Made by a program: the position numbers and the translations under genes
Shown: positions 7,456 through 17,310 of the stretch, one piece after another
Layout: each line of letters starts with the position of its first letter
How positions within the stretch are numbered: position 1 is the first letter of the stretch
From: an uncultured Pleurocapsa sp.
Lineage (GTDB): Bacteria > Cyanobacteriota > Cyanobacteriia > Cyanobacteriales > Xenococcaceae
Direction: 5' to 3'
Assembly: GCA_938015355.1 (NCBI GenBank)
Contig: CALLPS010000180.1
Coordinates: 1 to 50,844 of the forward strand
Length of the DNA stretch: 50,844 nucleotides
Notes under the pieces: generated by a model
What the model was told of the DNA's origin: nothing
What the model saw: only the letters and a program-made list of their open reading frames with translations
Databases searched by the model: none

Positions 7456-9744
7456 ATGAACAAGATTAAGCTACCTCCTTATACTGTAAGTACAGGTTGG
7501 GTACTCAAACGTATCTTGGATTTATTTTTGCAACCCTTTGGACAAGTTAATTGCCAACAGAAGATTAAGTCAGGTACATTATCAAGTTCCCTAGAGAGTC
7601 AAACTTTTACTCTGGGAATATTTGTGCTTCATTGGTCGAACTCGACTCAAAAACAACCCAGTCTTAGTCTTACTAAAAATAACCAGACGATCTGGTCAAC
7701 TCCTGAGGGGCAAAATTTTATTGGTGGTGCTAATGTTACCTTGAAAATCGCCGAGGATCGCGGCTCCATTGAGATTGATGAGAGATATCTGGCGCAGTTT
7801 TCTGAGCAGACTATTACCAAGATTGAAAATAATCAAGGCGGATTAACTATTAGTGGTTTACTGGGAGAACAAGGTAATGCAGCGAATAACGTCTCCTATG
7901 AATTCTCTTTCCAACCTCTGAGTGATCATAAAATTGAGTTCAACTTAAAGTTTGCAGGAGACCAAGTTAACCAAGCACAATTCAGTTATGTTACGTCTGC
8001 CACAGAACATTTTTATGGTTTCGGAGAACAATTTTCTGATATCGATGGTAAAGGTCAATTAATTCCCATTGTCTGCGAAGAAGGTGGTATTGGTAGGGGC
8101 GATCCTGCACCCAAAACTTTACAGATTTTGGGGGTAAGTGGCGATCGCTTTTCGAGTTATGCTCCTGCGCCCCATTTCCTTACTAATCAAGGACATTCTC
8201 TATTTTTAACTAATACTGAACCCTCGGTATTTGATTTGCGTGATCCTGATCTAGTTAAGATCCGAGTGGAATCTAGTCAGATGCAAGGACAGATCTTATT
8301 TGCCGAAACTCCCCTCGACTTAATTGAACTTTATACGGAATATGCAGGACGCATGAAACCCCTACCGAGTTGGCTCAATTCAGGAGCTTTAATTGGTATG
8401 CAGGGTGGTACGGACAAAGTGCGACGGATTTGGACAGAGTTGAAAGAATTAGATACTCCTATTGCTGGTTTTTGGCTACAAGATTGGGTTGGTCAACGAA
8501 AAACAATTGCAGGGAAGCAATTATGGTGGAATTGGCAACTAAATTCTGATACTTATCCTGACTGGAAGTTACTAGTTAAGGATTTAGAGCAAGCAGGGAT
8601 TAAGGTGGGGGTCTATCTTAATCCTTTTTTAGTCGAGCTTCCTGAAGCAGAGCGTCGGGGACAACGATATCTCTATGACGAAGCGAAAAGGCAAGGTTAT
8701 TTAGTTAAAAATGAAGCGGGAGAGGCTTATTTAGTTACTAATACCAATTTTGATGCGGGATTAATCGATTTAAGCAATCCTGATGCTAAAAAATGGTTCA
8801 AGGAAATTATTAAAACGGAAGTATTAACCAAAGCTGGTGCAAAATTCTGGATGGCTGACTTTGCTGAAGCGGCTCAATTTGATGGTGCTTTTGCTTCTGA
8901 AGCATCAGGGCTAACCTATCATAATCAATATCCTGTAGACTGGGCGTTAATTAACCGTCAGGCAATTGAAGAAGCCAACCTTGAAGGAGATGCTTGGTTT
9001 TTTACTCGCGCTGGTTATAGCAAGACTCCAGGTGCCACTACGGGGATGTGGCTGGGAGATCAAAATGTGACCTGGAATCCCAATGATGGTTTACCGAGCG
9101 CCCTGGCGGGATTAATTAGCGGTGGATTTTCTGGCTTTAGCCTCAATCATAGCGATATCGGCGGATACACTAGTATTTCTAATCCTATATTACGGTTTAT
9201 TGGTCGAGGTTTTGTGCGATCGCCAGAACTACTCTTCCGTTGGATGGAAATGAATGCTTTTTCCCCTATCTTCCGCACTCATGAAGGGAATGAACCAGAT
9301 AAGAATATTCAGTTTTATAGTAGCCCAGAAACTCGCGCAACTTTTAGTTATTGGGCGAAAGTTTACGCCGCTTTTGCTAATTACCGCATTCAGTTGATGG
9401 AAGAAGCCGCCACTAAAGGCTATCCCTTAATTCGTCACTTGGTATTGCATTATCCTCAGGATGAAAATGTCTATCAATTAACAGATCAGTTTCTCTACGG
9501 CAGAGATTTTTTAATTAAACCTGTGTTGCAACCAGGTCAAACTAATGTAGATGTTTATTTTCCTCAAGGAGAATGGGTTCATCTCTGGAGTAATAAAATC
9601 TATACTAACTCTGATTCTAATCAGAAAATTAGCATCTCTGCACCCTTAAGACAACCAGCCGTATTCTATCTCCGTCATTCTGAATGGGCAAAATCAGTCT
9701 TGGAAATAATGGAAAACGAAAACTTAATTAAGATGAATGAATAA
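7456..9744 (+). CDS. GH31 alpha-glycosidase, YihQ/sulfoquinovosidase-like
   Basis: YGFGEQFS, WLQDW, WMADFAE nucleophile, WLGDQ acid/base, HSDIGGY, FRTHEGN. Confidence 0.85.
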   Translation: MNKIKLPPYTVSTGWVLKRILDLFLQPFGQVNCQQKIKSGTLSSSLESQTFTLGIFVLHWSNSTQKQPSLSLTKNNQTIWSTPEGQNFIGGANVTLKIAEDRGSIEIDERYLAQFSEQTITKIENNQGGLTISGLLGEQGNAANNVSYEFSFQPLSDHKIEFNLKFAGDQVNQAQFSYVTSATEHFYGFGEQFSDIDGKGQLIPIVCEEGGIGRGDPAPKTLQILGVSGDRFSSYAPAPHFLTNQGHSLFLTNTEPSVFDLRDPDLVKIRVESSQMQGQILFAETPLDLIELYTEYAGRMKPLPSWLNSGALIGMQGGTDKVRRIWTELKELDTPIAGFWLQDWVGQRKTIAGKQLWWNWQLNSDTYPDWKLLVKDLEQAGIKVGVYLNPFLVELPEAERRGQRYLYDEAKRQGYLVKNEAGEAYLVTNTNFDAGLIDLSNPDAKKWFKEIIKTEVLTKAGAKFWMADFAEAAQFDGAFASEASGLTYHNQYPVDWALINRQAIEEANLEGDAWFFTRAGYSKTPGATTGMWLGDQNVTWNPNDGLPSALAGLISGGFSGFSLNHSDIGGYTSISNPILRFIGRGFVRSPELLFRWMEMNAFSPIFRTHEGNEPDKNIQFYSSPETRATFSYWAKVYAAFANYRIQLMEEAATKGYPLIRHLVLHYPQDENVYQLTDQFLYGRDFLIKPVLQPGQTNVDVYFPQGEWVHLWSNKIYTNSDSNQKISISAPLRQPAVFYLRHSEWAKSVLEIMENENLIKMNE

Positions 9745-9779
9745 CTTGACTAATTTTTTATTGCTACTCCTATTTTTCC

Positions 9780-12092
9780 ATGTCTCTAGATCCCTTTTCA
9801 GTAACTACCGACTCTAACCTAGAAAATGTCGATCTCAATAATTGCGATCGCGAACCGATCCATATTCCTAATTTAATTCAGCCCCATGGAGTCTTAATAG
9901 CTGTCTGTGCAACCGATTTTAAAATATTGCAGGTAAGTCTTAATACAACTAAAATGCTGGGAATCGAACCTCAAGAGTTATTAGAAAAACCTTTAACTGA
10001 GTTCTTGGGAGATGAACAAGTAGCAAAGATTCAAGGTTGTTTATCTAAAGACTTCGATCATATTAATCCATTACCAATTAAGTTAAATATTGGAGATTTT
10101 ACTCTTAACTTTGATGGCATTGTTCATCTTAACGGGGACACAATTATTCTAGAATTAGAACCAAGGAAATCTAATCAAACAGCCGATTTTTTCAATTTCT
10201 ATCAATTAGTTAAAAGTCCTGTTAACAAAATACAAAACACGGTTACTTTGGACGAGTTGTGCAATACAGTTGTTCAAGAAGTTAAGAAGATCACGGGATT
10301 TGATCGGGTGATGGTATACCGTTTCAACGAAGAAGGTTCGGGTACGGTAATAGCAGAAGCAGCAGCAGTCGAACTAGAGCAATTTTTAGGTTTACACTAT
10401 CCCGCTACTGATATTCCCAAACAAGCACAATATCTCTACACCCTTAATTTGCTACGCTTGATTCCCGATGTTAGCTATGAACCAGTCGGCATAATCCCTG
10501 AATCGAACCCTTTGACGGATCGATCTTTAGACATGAGTCTGTCAGTTTTGCGTAGTGTTTCCCCTTTACATATCGAGTATTTAGAAAATATGGGGGTAGC
10601 GGCAACTATGTGTATATCTTTACTGAAAAATAAACAGCTTTGGGGATTGATTGCCTGTCATCACAATACACCGAAGCAAGTTCCCTATGAAATTCGTACT
10701 ATCTGTGAATTCATGGGACAAATTGTCTCTTCTGAGTTGGCAGCTAAAGAAGATAATCAAGATTTAGACTATAAAATGAAGCTGAAATCGATTCAGTCTC
10801 AGTTTGTTAAGACTATTTCCCAAGCAACAGAATTAGAAGCAGGTTTAACTCAAAACCCCCAACATTTACTAGATCTAGTCGGTGCAGCAGGAGTGGCATT
10901 GTGTTTTGAAGAAGAAGTTACTCTAATTGGCAATACACCAGACGAAAAAACAATTATTACCATGCTGCCCTGGTTAGAAACTCAATTTACTGCAGAGGTT
11001 ATTTATGAAACCAATTCTCTAGGGCAAGTTTATCCTGCTGCCAATAAAGATCGCGCAACTGCCAGTGGGTTACTCGCTTTATTAATTTCTCGAATACAAA
11101 AGACTTTTATTATCTGGTTTCGCCCTGAAGTAATTCAGACTGTAGATTGGGCAGGAGATCCTCATAAAAAAGTAGTGGAGACTGCCGAGAATGGGACAAT
11201 TCGCATGTCTCCCCGTAAGTCTTTTGCTAAATGGCAAGAAACTGTCAGGGAAAAATCCCTACCCTGGAAAGCCTGTGAAGTTGAAGCAGCAGGGGAGTTA
11301 CGGAGTTCAATTGTCGGTATTATGCTGCGCCAAGCCGATCAATTAGCCCAGGTAAATCAAGAACTATCCCGCAGTAATATTGAACTAGATGCCTTTGCTT
11401 ATATCGCTTCCCACGATCTCAAAGAACCCCTGCGCGGTATTTATAACTACTCTAGTTTCTTAATTGAAGACTACGGCGAAATACTTGGTGAAGATGGTGC
11501 AGATAAACTGAACACCTTAATGCGCTTGACTCACCGCATGGAAGATTTAATTAATTCTTTGCTCCATTACTCTCGTTTAGGTAGGGCAGAATTACAGGTA
11601 AGCCCTGTCGATCTCAACGATTTGCTAGCAGGGGTTTTAGATGTCATTAGAGCCAGTGCTAGAGATGAACATGTTAATTTTATTATTCCTCGTTCTTTGC
11701 CTATAGTAAATTGCGATCGCACTCAAGTCAATGAGTTATTTACTAATTTGATTAGTAACGGTATCAAGTATAATCAGCAAGCTGCAAAAACGATTGAAGT
11801 TGGTTACTTAGATGTGGATGATCCTGTTGCGATCGAGAAACAGTCTGAATATTCTAATGATACTCCAGCCAAAACTATTTTCTATGTCCGTGATAATGGC
11901 ATTGGTATCCGAGAAAAACATCTAGACACCATCTTTCGCATTTTCAAAAGGCTACATGGGCAAAAGAAATACGGTGGAGGTACGGGTGCTGGTTTAACCA
12001 TTGCTAAGAAAATCGTTGAGAGACACGGAGGCGAAATTTGGGTAAGATCTGTTTATCAAGAAGGTAGTACTTTTTACTTTACTTTGCAGTGA
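9780..12092 (+). CDS. Bacteriophytochrome histidine kinase (PAS-GAF-PHY-HK; CphB/AphB type)
   Basis: NCDREPIHIP with N-terminal Cys, PATDIP, LRSVSPLH (no GAF Cys), PRKSF tongue, ASHDLKEPLR H-box. Confidence 0.93.
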   Translation: MSLDPFSVTTDSNLENVDLNNCDREPIHIPNLIQPHGVLIAVCATDFKILQVSLNTTKMLGIEPQELLEKPLTEFLGDEQVAKIQGCLSKDFDHINPLPIKLNIGDFTLNFDGIVHLNGDTIILELEPRKSNQTADFFNFYQLVKSPVNKIQNTVTLDELCNTVVQEVKKITGFDRVMVYRFNEEGSGTVIAEAAAVELEQFLGLHYPATDIPKQAQYLYTLNLLRLIPDVSYEPVGIIPESNPLTDRSLDMSLSVLRSVSPLHIEYLENMGVAATMCISLLKNKQLWGLIACHHNTPKQVPYEIRTICEFMGQIVSSELAAKEDNQDLDYKMKLKSIQSQFVKTISQATELEAGLTQNPQHLLDLVGAAGVALCFEEEVTLIGNTPDEKTIITMLPWLETQFTAEVIYETNSLGQVYPAANKDRATASGLLALLISRIQKTFIIWFRPEVIQTVDWAGDPHKKVVETAENGTIRMSPRKSFAKWQETVREKSLPWKACEVEAAGELRSSIVGIMLRQADQLAQVNQELSRSNIELDAFAYIASHDLKEPLRGIYNYSSFLIEDYGEILGEDGADKLNTLMRLTHRMEDLINSLLHYSRLGRAELQVSPVDLNDLLAGVLDVIRASARDEHVNFIIPRSLPIVNCDRTQVNELFTNLISNGIKYNQQAAKTIEVGYLDVDDPVAIEKQSEYSNDTPAKTIFYVRDNGIGIREKHLDTIFRIFKRLHGQKKYGGGTGAGLTIAKKIVERHGGEIWVRSVYQEGSTFYFTLQ

Positions 12093-12544
12093 TTACTTTG
12101 ATGAATTCAGAAAAACAACATCCTTTATTAGTTATTGAAGATAGTGATGAAGATTTTGCCGCTTTAGCCAGGATGATTACCAAAGCCCAAGTTGCTAACC
12201 CTGTATATCGCTGTGAAGATGGTGAAGAAGCCTTCGATTACTTATATCATGAGGGAGAATATCAGGATACAAGTCTTGCCCCTCGCCCTTCCTTAATTGT
12301 CTTAGATTTAAACTTACCTGGCACTGATGGTAGGGAAGTCTTAGCCAGAATCAAGCAAGATCAAGAGTTACAAACAATTCCTGTGGTTATTTTTTCTACC
12401 TCTTCTAACCCCAAAGATGTTAATGCTTGTTATCGTTATGGGATTAGTGGTTATCTGGTTAAACCCATGAATACTAGTCGCCTAAATCAATTGGTAAAAA
12501 CCTTTTTGGAATATTGGTTTCAAACTGTTGAGTTACCGAATTGA
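12089..12544 (+). CDS. Phytochrome-coupled single-domain response regulator (Rcp type)
   Basis: IEDSDED, LDLNLPGTDGREVL, YLVKP, C-terminal YWF; adjacent to the phytochrome stop. Start may be the ATG at 12101. Confidence 0.9.
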   Translation: MITLMNSEKQHPLLVIEDSDEDFAALARMITKAQVANPVYRCEDGEEAFDYLYHEGEYQDTSLAPRPSLIVLDLNLPGTDGREVLARIKQDQELQTIPVVIFSTSSNPKDVNACYRYGISGYLVKPMNTSRLNQLVKTFLEYWFQTVELPN

Positions 12545-12559
12545 GGAATTAATGATTAT

Positions 12560-13609
12560 TTAAAGAAGCATATATAAATCTAGACCTTTATTGGCATTGA
12601 TATCAAATTTCAAACCAACTTCTCTCTCTTCAGTCGCTTCTACTTCTGTGACTGATTCACCTTCAATCTGAATACTTTGAATAATAGCAGATTGACAGTA
12701 AGCAATATTTTCATTAACCAAGAATAAGTTAGAGTTAATGGCTAATGATGCATCAGCTATCGTAGCGATTCCTGCTTGCGGTTTGTTCAACCATTCTGTA
12801 ATTTTACCGATTTTTTTTGCTTGACTATTAATTTCTTTTTTTTTGATTACTTTAGATGTAAATAAATCGGCTAATGATTGACAAATACTATCTACAAAGT
12901 CGCATAATTCTAATAGAGCATCAAATCCCAAAAATTCGTCTATTAATACTCCATGTGCTGCATCATTACGATAACTAATTAATTGCTTTAATTCACCTTC
13001 TAGAGTATTCTGACCTCCTCTGATTTCTTCAATAAAAAGCTTTGTTGATTTATGTCGATTAATCCATGTCCAAGAATTACTAATACCTGCATTAAGTAAT
13101 AATTCCTCTAGAATATTTTTACGTAAATTTTGTTCATGAAATAGAAAAGCTTCAGGTAAAAGTTCATATTTTTTAGTTTGATTAATTCCTAGATATAAAC
13201 CATTAATAATTTTTTGTATTGAAAGATGTTCATATCTCTTTTTGTCTTTTTCTCTTAAGAGTCTACCTACTCCATAAGAATGAGTATTACAAATTTCTTT
13301 TTCTAGATCATCATAATTTAAAACTATTCCAGGTAACAATCTTAGCCAGTCGGTAATTAAGTTTTCGACAAAATTTTCATAAATAGCATATAGTTTTGTC
13401 ACAGCGGAGCAATGATCGTAGATTCGCCATTCCTGAGTTTTTGGAAGATCTTTTTGGAGTAATTTTAAAAGTTTTATATAATCTTCTGATTTTTGTCCTT
13501 CCGTACTTTTCTTACTTAACAGCGTTGCTCTAAGATTTTCGTTGGTTTTGATAATTGAACGGATAGTAGAAATCTCATCTTGCGCTTGTTGTAGATTTTC
13601 TTGAAACAC
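12560..13609 (-). CDS. HEPN-domain protein (MAE_28990/MAE_18760-like) with C-terminal beta-barrel
   Basis: LYAIYENFV helix and RNDAAHG (R-x4-H) motif; lies directly downstream of a DUF262 gene. Confidence 0.75.
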   Translation of the reverse strand: MFQENLQQAQDEISTIRSIIKTNENLRATLLSKKSTEGQKSEDYIKLLKLLQKDLPKTQEWRIYDHCSAVTKLYAIYENFVENLITDWLRLLPGIVLNYDDLEKEICNTHSYGVGRLLREKDKKRYEHLSIQKIINGLYLGINQTKKYELLPEAFLFHEQNLRKNILEELLLNAGISNSWTWINRHKSTKLFIEEIRGGQNTLEGELKQLISYRNDAAHGVLIDEFLGFDALLELCDFVDSICQSLADLFTSKVIKKKEINSQAKKIGKITEWLNKPQAGIATIADASLAINSNLFLVNENIAYCQSAIIQSIQIEGESVTEVEATEEREVGLKFDINANKGLDLYMLL

Positions 13610-13613
13610 CTAT

Positions 13614-14786
13614 CTACTCCGCAACGATCTGAGAAAGCATACCATCAAAAAGTTTTATTCTATCTTGTAAATCTGCTTTAACTCTTCCTGCACCCGTAAA
13701 GATTTTCCTTTTATCCTGGGCTAATAGTTTTTTCGTTCCTTCTATAACCTTAGATTTCTTTTTTATTAATAAATCAGCATCATTAAGATGGCGACTCAAC
13801 CCTACCATTACTGCATCATAGTAAGCTTTATATGATTTATCTTTCCATTGATTGGTTTTAATATCAAATGGTTTAAACAGTTTATCTTCATAAATACTAC
13901 TAGCCAAATTAATAGTATCAATAAAAATTGCTTCCAATACATCGATATCTTCTTGAGAAAAATCTAAACTTTTAATCATATATAAATTAAGAAATCCCTC
14001 AATACCTTGACGAAATTCATCAGCATGACGAAAAGCAAAAAAGCGTAAAATCAACTCTACATCTTCCATTTTTTTGTAGAGGTTATTGGTTCTTAATTTC
14101 TTCTCATTTTCGATTGGAATATTCCAAGCTTCTGCAAAAATACTATTGCTTGCTAGTTTAAAAAGTAAGGTATTAAATAATCCAGAATATATACAATTGC
14201 GTATTTCTTGTCTACTCAAAGAAACACCACCAGTATTTAATCTCTCAAATGTAATCTGCTTGAGAAAAAATGCCTCTTCTTTACTGGGGGTAGATTCAGT
14301 AATTAAGACAATAGATGATATTGCTCGTCTATCAATACCTGCTCTAATTTTACTTGGAAGTTGTTGATAGGTAAGTCCATTTAATTCCGACCATACTTCT
14401 AATCCAGTTAGCTCTAAACTATTATTATAGAAATCCTTAATAGCTGTAATTCGCTGCTGTCCATCCATCACTTCATAAGAATTATAGTCCCTTTCATAAA
14501 GAATAATTGGAGGAACAGGAATGTTAATTAAAAATGATTCAATAAGCTGAGACTGCTTCTGTTGATCCCAACGCAATCTTCTTTGATAAAATGGACTCAC
14601 ATCCATATAATTAGGTTTGTCCAAAGACTCAGCAAAACTGGGAAGTTTCTCACGATTCATTTCAGTAAGAATACGTTGCTGCCCTTGTTCATATTTAGTA
14701 TTAATTTGTTCGTCAGTCATGTGAGAATCACCATTTGTTGACGATGATTTGTCCCACATTTTTGCTTCTGCTGGTGCAATTAACAT
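13614..14786 (-). CDS. DUF262 (ParB/GmrSD N-terminal-like) protein
   Basis: PFYQRRLRW, LIESFLINIPVPPI, VMDGQQR, FERLNTGG motifs. Confidence 0.9.
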   Translation of the reverse strand: MLIAPAEAKMWDKSSSTNGDSHMTDEQINTKYEQGQQRILTEMNREKLPSFAESLDKPNYMDVSPFYQRRLRWDQQKQSQLIESFLINIPVPPIILYERDYNSYEVMDGQQRITAIKDFYNNSLELTGLEVWSELNGLTYQQLPSKIRAGIDRRAISSIVLITESTPSKEEAFFLKQITFERLNTGGVSLSRQEIRNCIYSGLFNTLLFKLASNSIFAEAWNIPIENEKKLRTNNLYKKMEDVELILRFFAFRHADEFRQGIEGFLNLYMIKSLDFSQEDIDVLEAIFIDTINLASSIYEDKLFKPFDIKTNQWKDKSYKAYYDAVMVGLSRHLNDADLLIKKKSKVIEGTKKLLAQDKRKIFTGAGRVKADLQDRIKLFDGMLSQIVAE

Positions 14787-14884
14787 TAATCTAATACTAT
14801 CTATGACAGCAAAGTAAACAACTATAGATATAAGCTAGCGTGTTTTTAATTTTATTAGGATATTGTGATTAAACTAATTTTGTC

Positions 14885-16600
14885 TCACTTCTTCCAGGTA
14901 AAGTAAAAAGTCGCACCATCCCCCAATTGAGATTCTACCCATATTTTGCCCCCTTGACCTTCAACAATCTTTTTCACGATTGATAAGCCAATGCCCGTAC
15001 TTTCAATCGTATCTCTGGCTTGCAGGGTTTGGAAGATGGTAAAAATGCGCTCGTGATATTGAGGATCGATTCCTAAGCCATTATCGGCAACAGCAAACTC
15101 ATAAAAATCATCTTGCTCTTTAACCGATATCACAATCTTGCCGTTGTTTGAAGGATGATACTTAACTGCATTACCAATTAAGTTGGCAAAAACTTGTTGT
15201 AATAAAATTGCTGACGTTTGAAAAGTTGGCATGTTAGGTTCAATGATTATCTCAAATTCTGGCGGAGGGGACAATAAATCGATCGCCTCTTGGATCAAGT
15301 TTTCTACCTCAACCATTGTTTTAGGTGTGTTTTTTCTCCCAACACGAGAATACTCTAATAAGCCTTGAATTAAGCCATCCATCCGTCTAACCCGCGATCG
15401 CATTATCTCTAACTGTTCTTGATTTTCTTCGGGGATCTGCCCTGCTAAATCTTCACTAAGCCAAGTAGCCAAATTAGCGATCGCCCGTAACGGTGCTTTA
15501 AGATCGTGGGAAGTGACGTAGGCAAAATGATCTAACTCTTGATTGCGTTTTTTTAACAGAGACATAATTTTTAGCAATTCTTGATTTGCCCGCGCCAACT
15601 CTAAAGCTTTCTCCTTGAGTAAAGTTTCTGCTTGTTCTCTGATATTTAATTCACTTTGTAAGTTACCTAATAATTCTGCTTGTTGAATAGCGATCGCAAT
15701 TTGCACTGCTAACTTATCCAATAGTTCAATTTCGTCTGTTTCCCAATGACGAATATTCAAGCACTGATGGGCAATTAATAAACCCCAAAGATTGCTATTT
15801 TCGGTTACTGCCGAGGGGGAAAGTAAAATAGGCACAATCGCACTAGCTTTAACTTGAAACTCTTCTAGTAGCTTGATATGACAATTAGAAAGCCCTGATT
15901 CGTAAATATCATCAATTCCGACAGTTTCTCCTCTTTCATATTTACCAGCACCCTGATCCTGAAAGCAAGTATCAACTATGGTTTCTCCCAGGGATTTTTT
16001 CCAACCTGAATTTACCGACTCCGCAACCACATCACCCGTCATATTCGCGGCAAACTGATAAATTATCACGCGATCGCAATCAAGGAGTAATTGTACTTCT
16101 CTGACTGAAGTATTGAGAATTTCTGACAAATCTAAAGAGGCGCGAATACGTAAGGAAGTTTCCGCAATTAGCTGCTGTTGTTGAAAGCTTTTAGTCAGTA
16201 AGGATTGTAGATTATATTGCTGTAAAACACTCTTCACTGAAGTAAGCAAAATCTCAGGAGTTAATTTACCTTTTACCAGATAATCTTTTACTCCTTTTTT
16301 CATCGCCTCTACTGCCACTACTTCATTACCTTCTCCCGTCAGCATGATAATCGGCGGAATTTTAATTCCCTGAGCTTCTACCTCTTTAATAAACTCAAGA
16401 CCATCGAAATCAGGCAATAAATAATCTAGTAAAATTAAATCTGGTTGTAATAATTTCAGTTGCTCTAAACCATCTTCACCTGTTTCCGCTTCAACTATTT
16501 TATATTTCAGAATAAATTCTTTTTTTAGATAACGACGATAAGTCTGGCGATCCTCGGCGGAGTCATCAATTATTAAAATTTTGTGTTGGCGAGCAGTCAT
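14885..16600 (-). CDS. Hybrid sensor kinase REC-GAF(cyanobacteriochrome, DXCF)-HK
   Basis: N-terminal receiver (IIDD, LDYLLPD); GAF with DTCF and NCHIKLL; SHDLKAPLR H-box; GTGIGL-like G2 box (STGIGL). Confidence 0.88.
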   Translation of the reverse strand: MTARQHKILIIDDSAEDRQTYRRYLKKEFILKYKIVEAETGEDGLEQLKLLQPDLILLDYLLPDFDGLEFIKEVEAQGIKIPPIIMLTGEGNEVVAVEAMKKGVKDYLVKGKLTPEILLTSVKSVLQQYNLQSLLTKSFQQQQLIAETSLRIRASLDLSEILNTSVREVQLLLDCDRVIIYQFAANMTGDVVAESVNSGWKKSLGETIVDTCFQDQGAGKYERGETVGIDDIYESGLSNCHIKLLEEFQVKASAIVPILLSPSAVTENSNLWGLLIAHQCLNIRHWETDEIELLDKLAVQIAIAIQQAELLGNLQSELNIREQAETLLKEKALELARANQELLKIMSLLKKRNQELDHFAYVTSHDLKAPLRAIANLATWLSEDLAGQIPEENQEQLEIMRSRVRRMDGLIQGLLEYSRVGRKNTPKTMVEVENLIQEAIDLLSPPPEFEIIIEPNMPTFQTSAILLQQVFANLIGNAVKYHPSNNGKIVISVKEQDDFYEFAVADNGLGIDPQYHERIFTIFQTLQARDTIESTGIGLSIVKKIVEGQGGKIWVESQLGDGATFYFTWKK

Positions 16601-16836
16601 GGGTTAAGAGTCAATCTTTAAGAATTAGCTGTCTTCTATTTCATAGCATTTATTCAAATTCAAAGGTGCAAATTCAGAAATTAGTTTTCTAGCAATATTA
16701 GAAAAGATTGCGATCTGTAGGCTAGGCGTTAGCTGAGATATTTTAAGTTGTGTCTCAACTTTCTGCTGATTAGGAGTATCTCTTGGCTGCCCGTAGCCGA
16801 TCGCAATTTACCATGCTGACACTTAATGTTTAAAAT

Positions 16837-17175
16837 CTAAAATTGGATAAAAATGCCAGAAGATCCACGGTGTCTACCATGATTTCTACCATGATTGCGA
16901 CGATTAAAATGCCCTCTGCGACTGCGTCCATGGGGAAAATGCCCGCGACTTCTGTTAAATCTTCCTCTCCTGTGCCCCCGATGTCCTCCGTGTCCCCGAT
17001 GTCGATTAAACTTCCTTTTAAAAACACGTTTCTTTGCTAGAGTATAAACCTCAGTCTTTTGTTCTGAGATATTATTTGCTTCAGCAAGATTTAAAGTTAC
17101 CTGACTGTGAACCTTAGTCGGAATTAAAATTCCCCAGGCTATAACTGTTGTTGTTAACCAGATAGGAAGTTTCAT
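16837..17175 (-). CDS. Small secreted protein with Arg/Gly/His-rich low-complexity tail
   Basis: MKLPIWL...VHSQ signal-peptide-like start; HRGHGGHRGHRRGRF repeats; purine-rich RBS before ATG 17175. Confidence 0.6.
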   Translation of the reverse strand: MKLPIWLTTTVIAWGILIPTKVHSQVTLNLAEANNISEQKTEVYTLAKKRVFKRKFNRHRGHGGHRGHRRGRFNRSRGHFPHGRSRRGHFNRRNHGRNHGRHRGSSGIFIQF

Positions 17176-17206
17176 ATTTTTAACCCTTTCTTTCATAATC
17201 ACTATT

Positions 17207-17236
17207 ATGAAATGGTCTTATGAGAAAAGTCTGAGA
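17207..17236. promoter_or_regulatory. Possible OmpR-family direct-repeat operator (ATGAAA / ATGAGA / CTGAGA)
   Basis: ATGAGA-N5-CTGAGA has an 11-bp period and lies upstream of the His-rich gene. Confidence 0.3.
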
Positions 17237-17310
17237 GGTTAATTAGCAGTTCCCGAAACATTAACTAATACTAACTAAACCAATTAATCTGTTAGGGCTG
17301 GTTAAGGGTT

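Noticed and set aside
9780-12092. cph1 (phycocyanobilin-type) assignment
   Set aside because: GAF Cys is absent (SPLH) while the N-terminal Cys is present.
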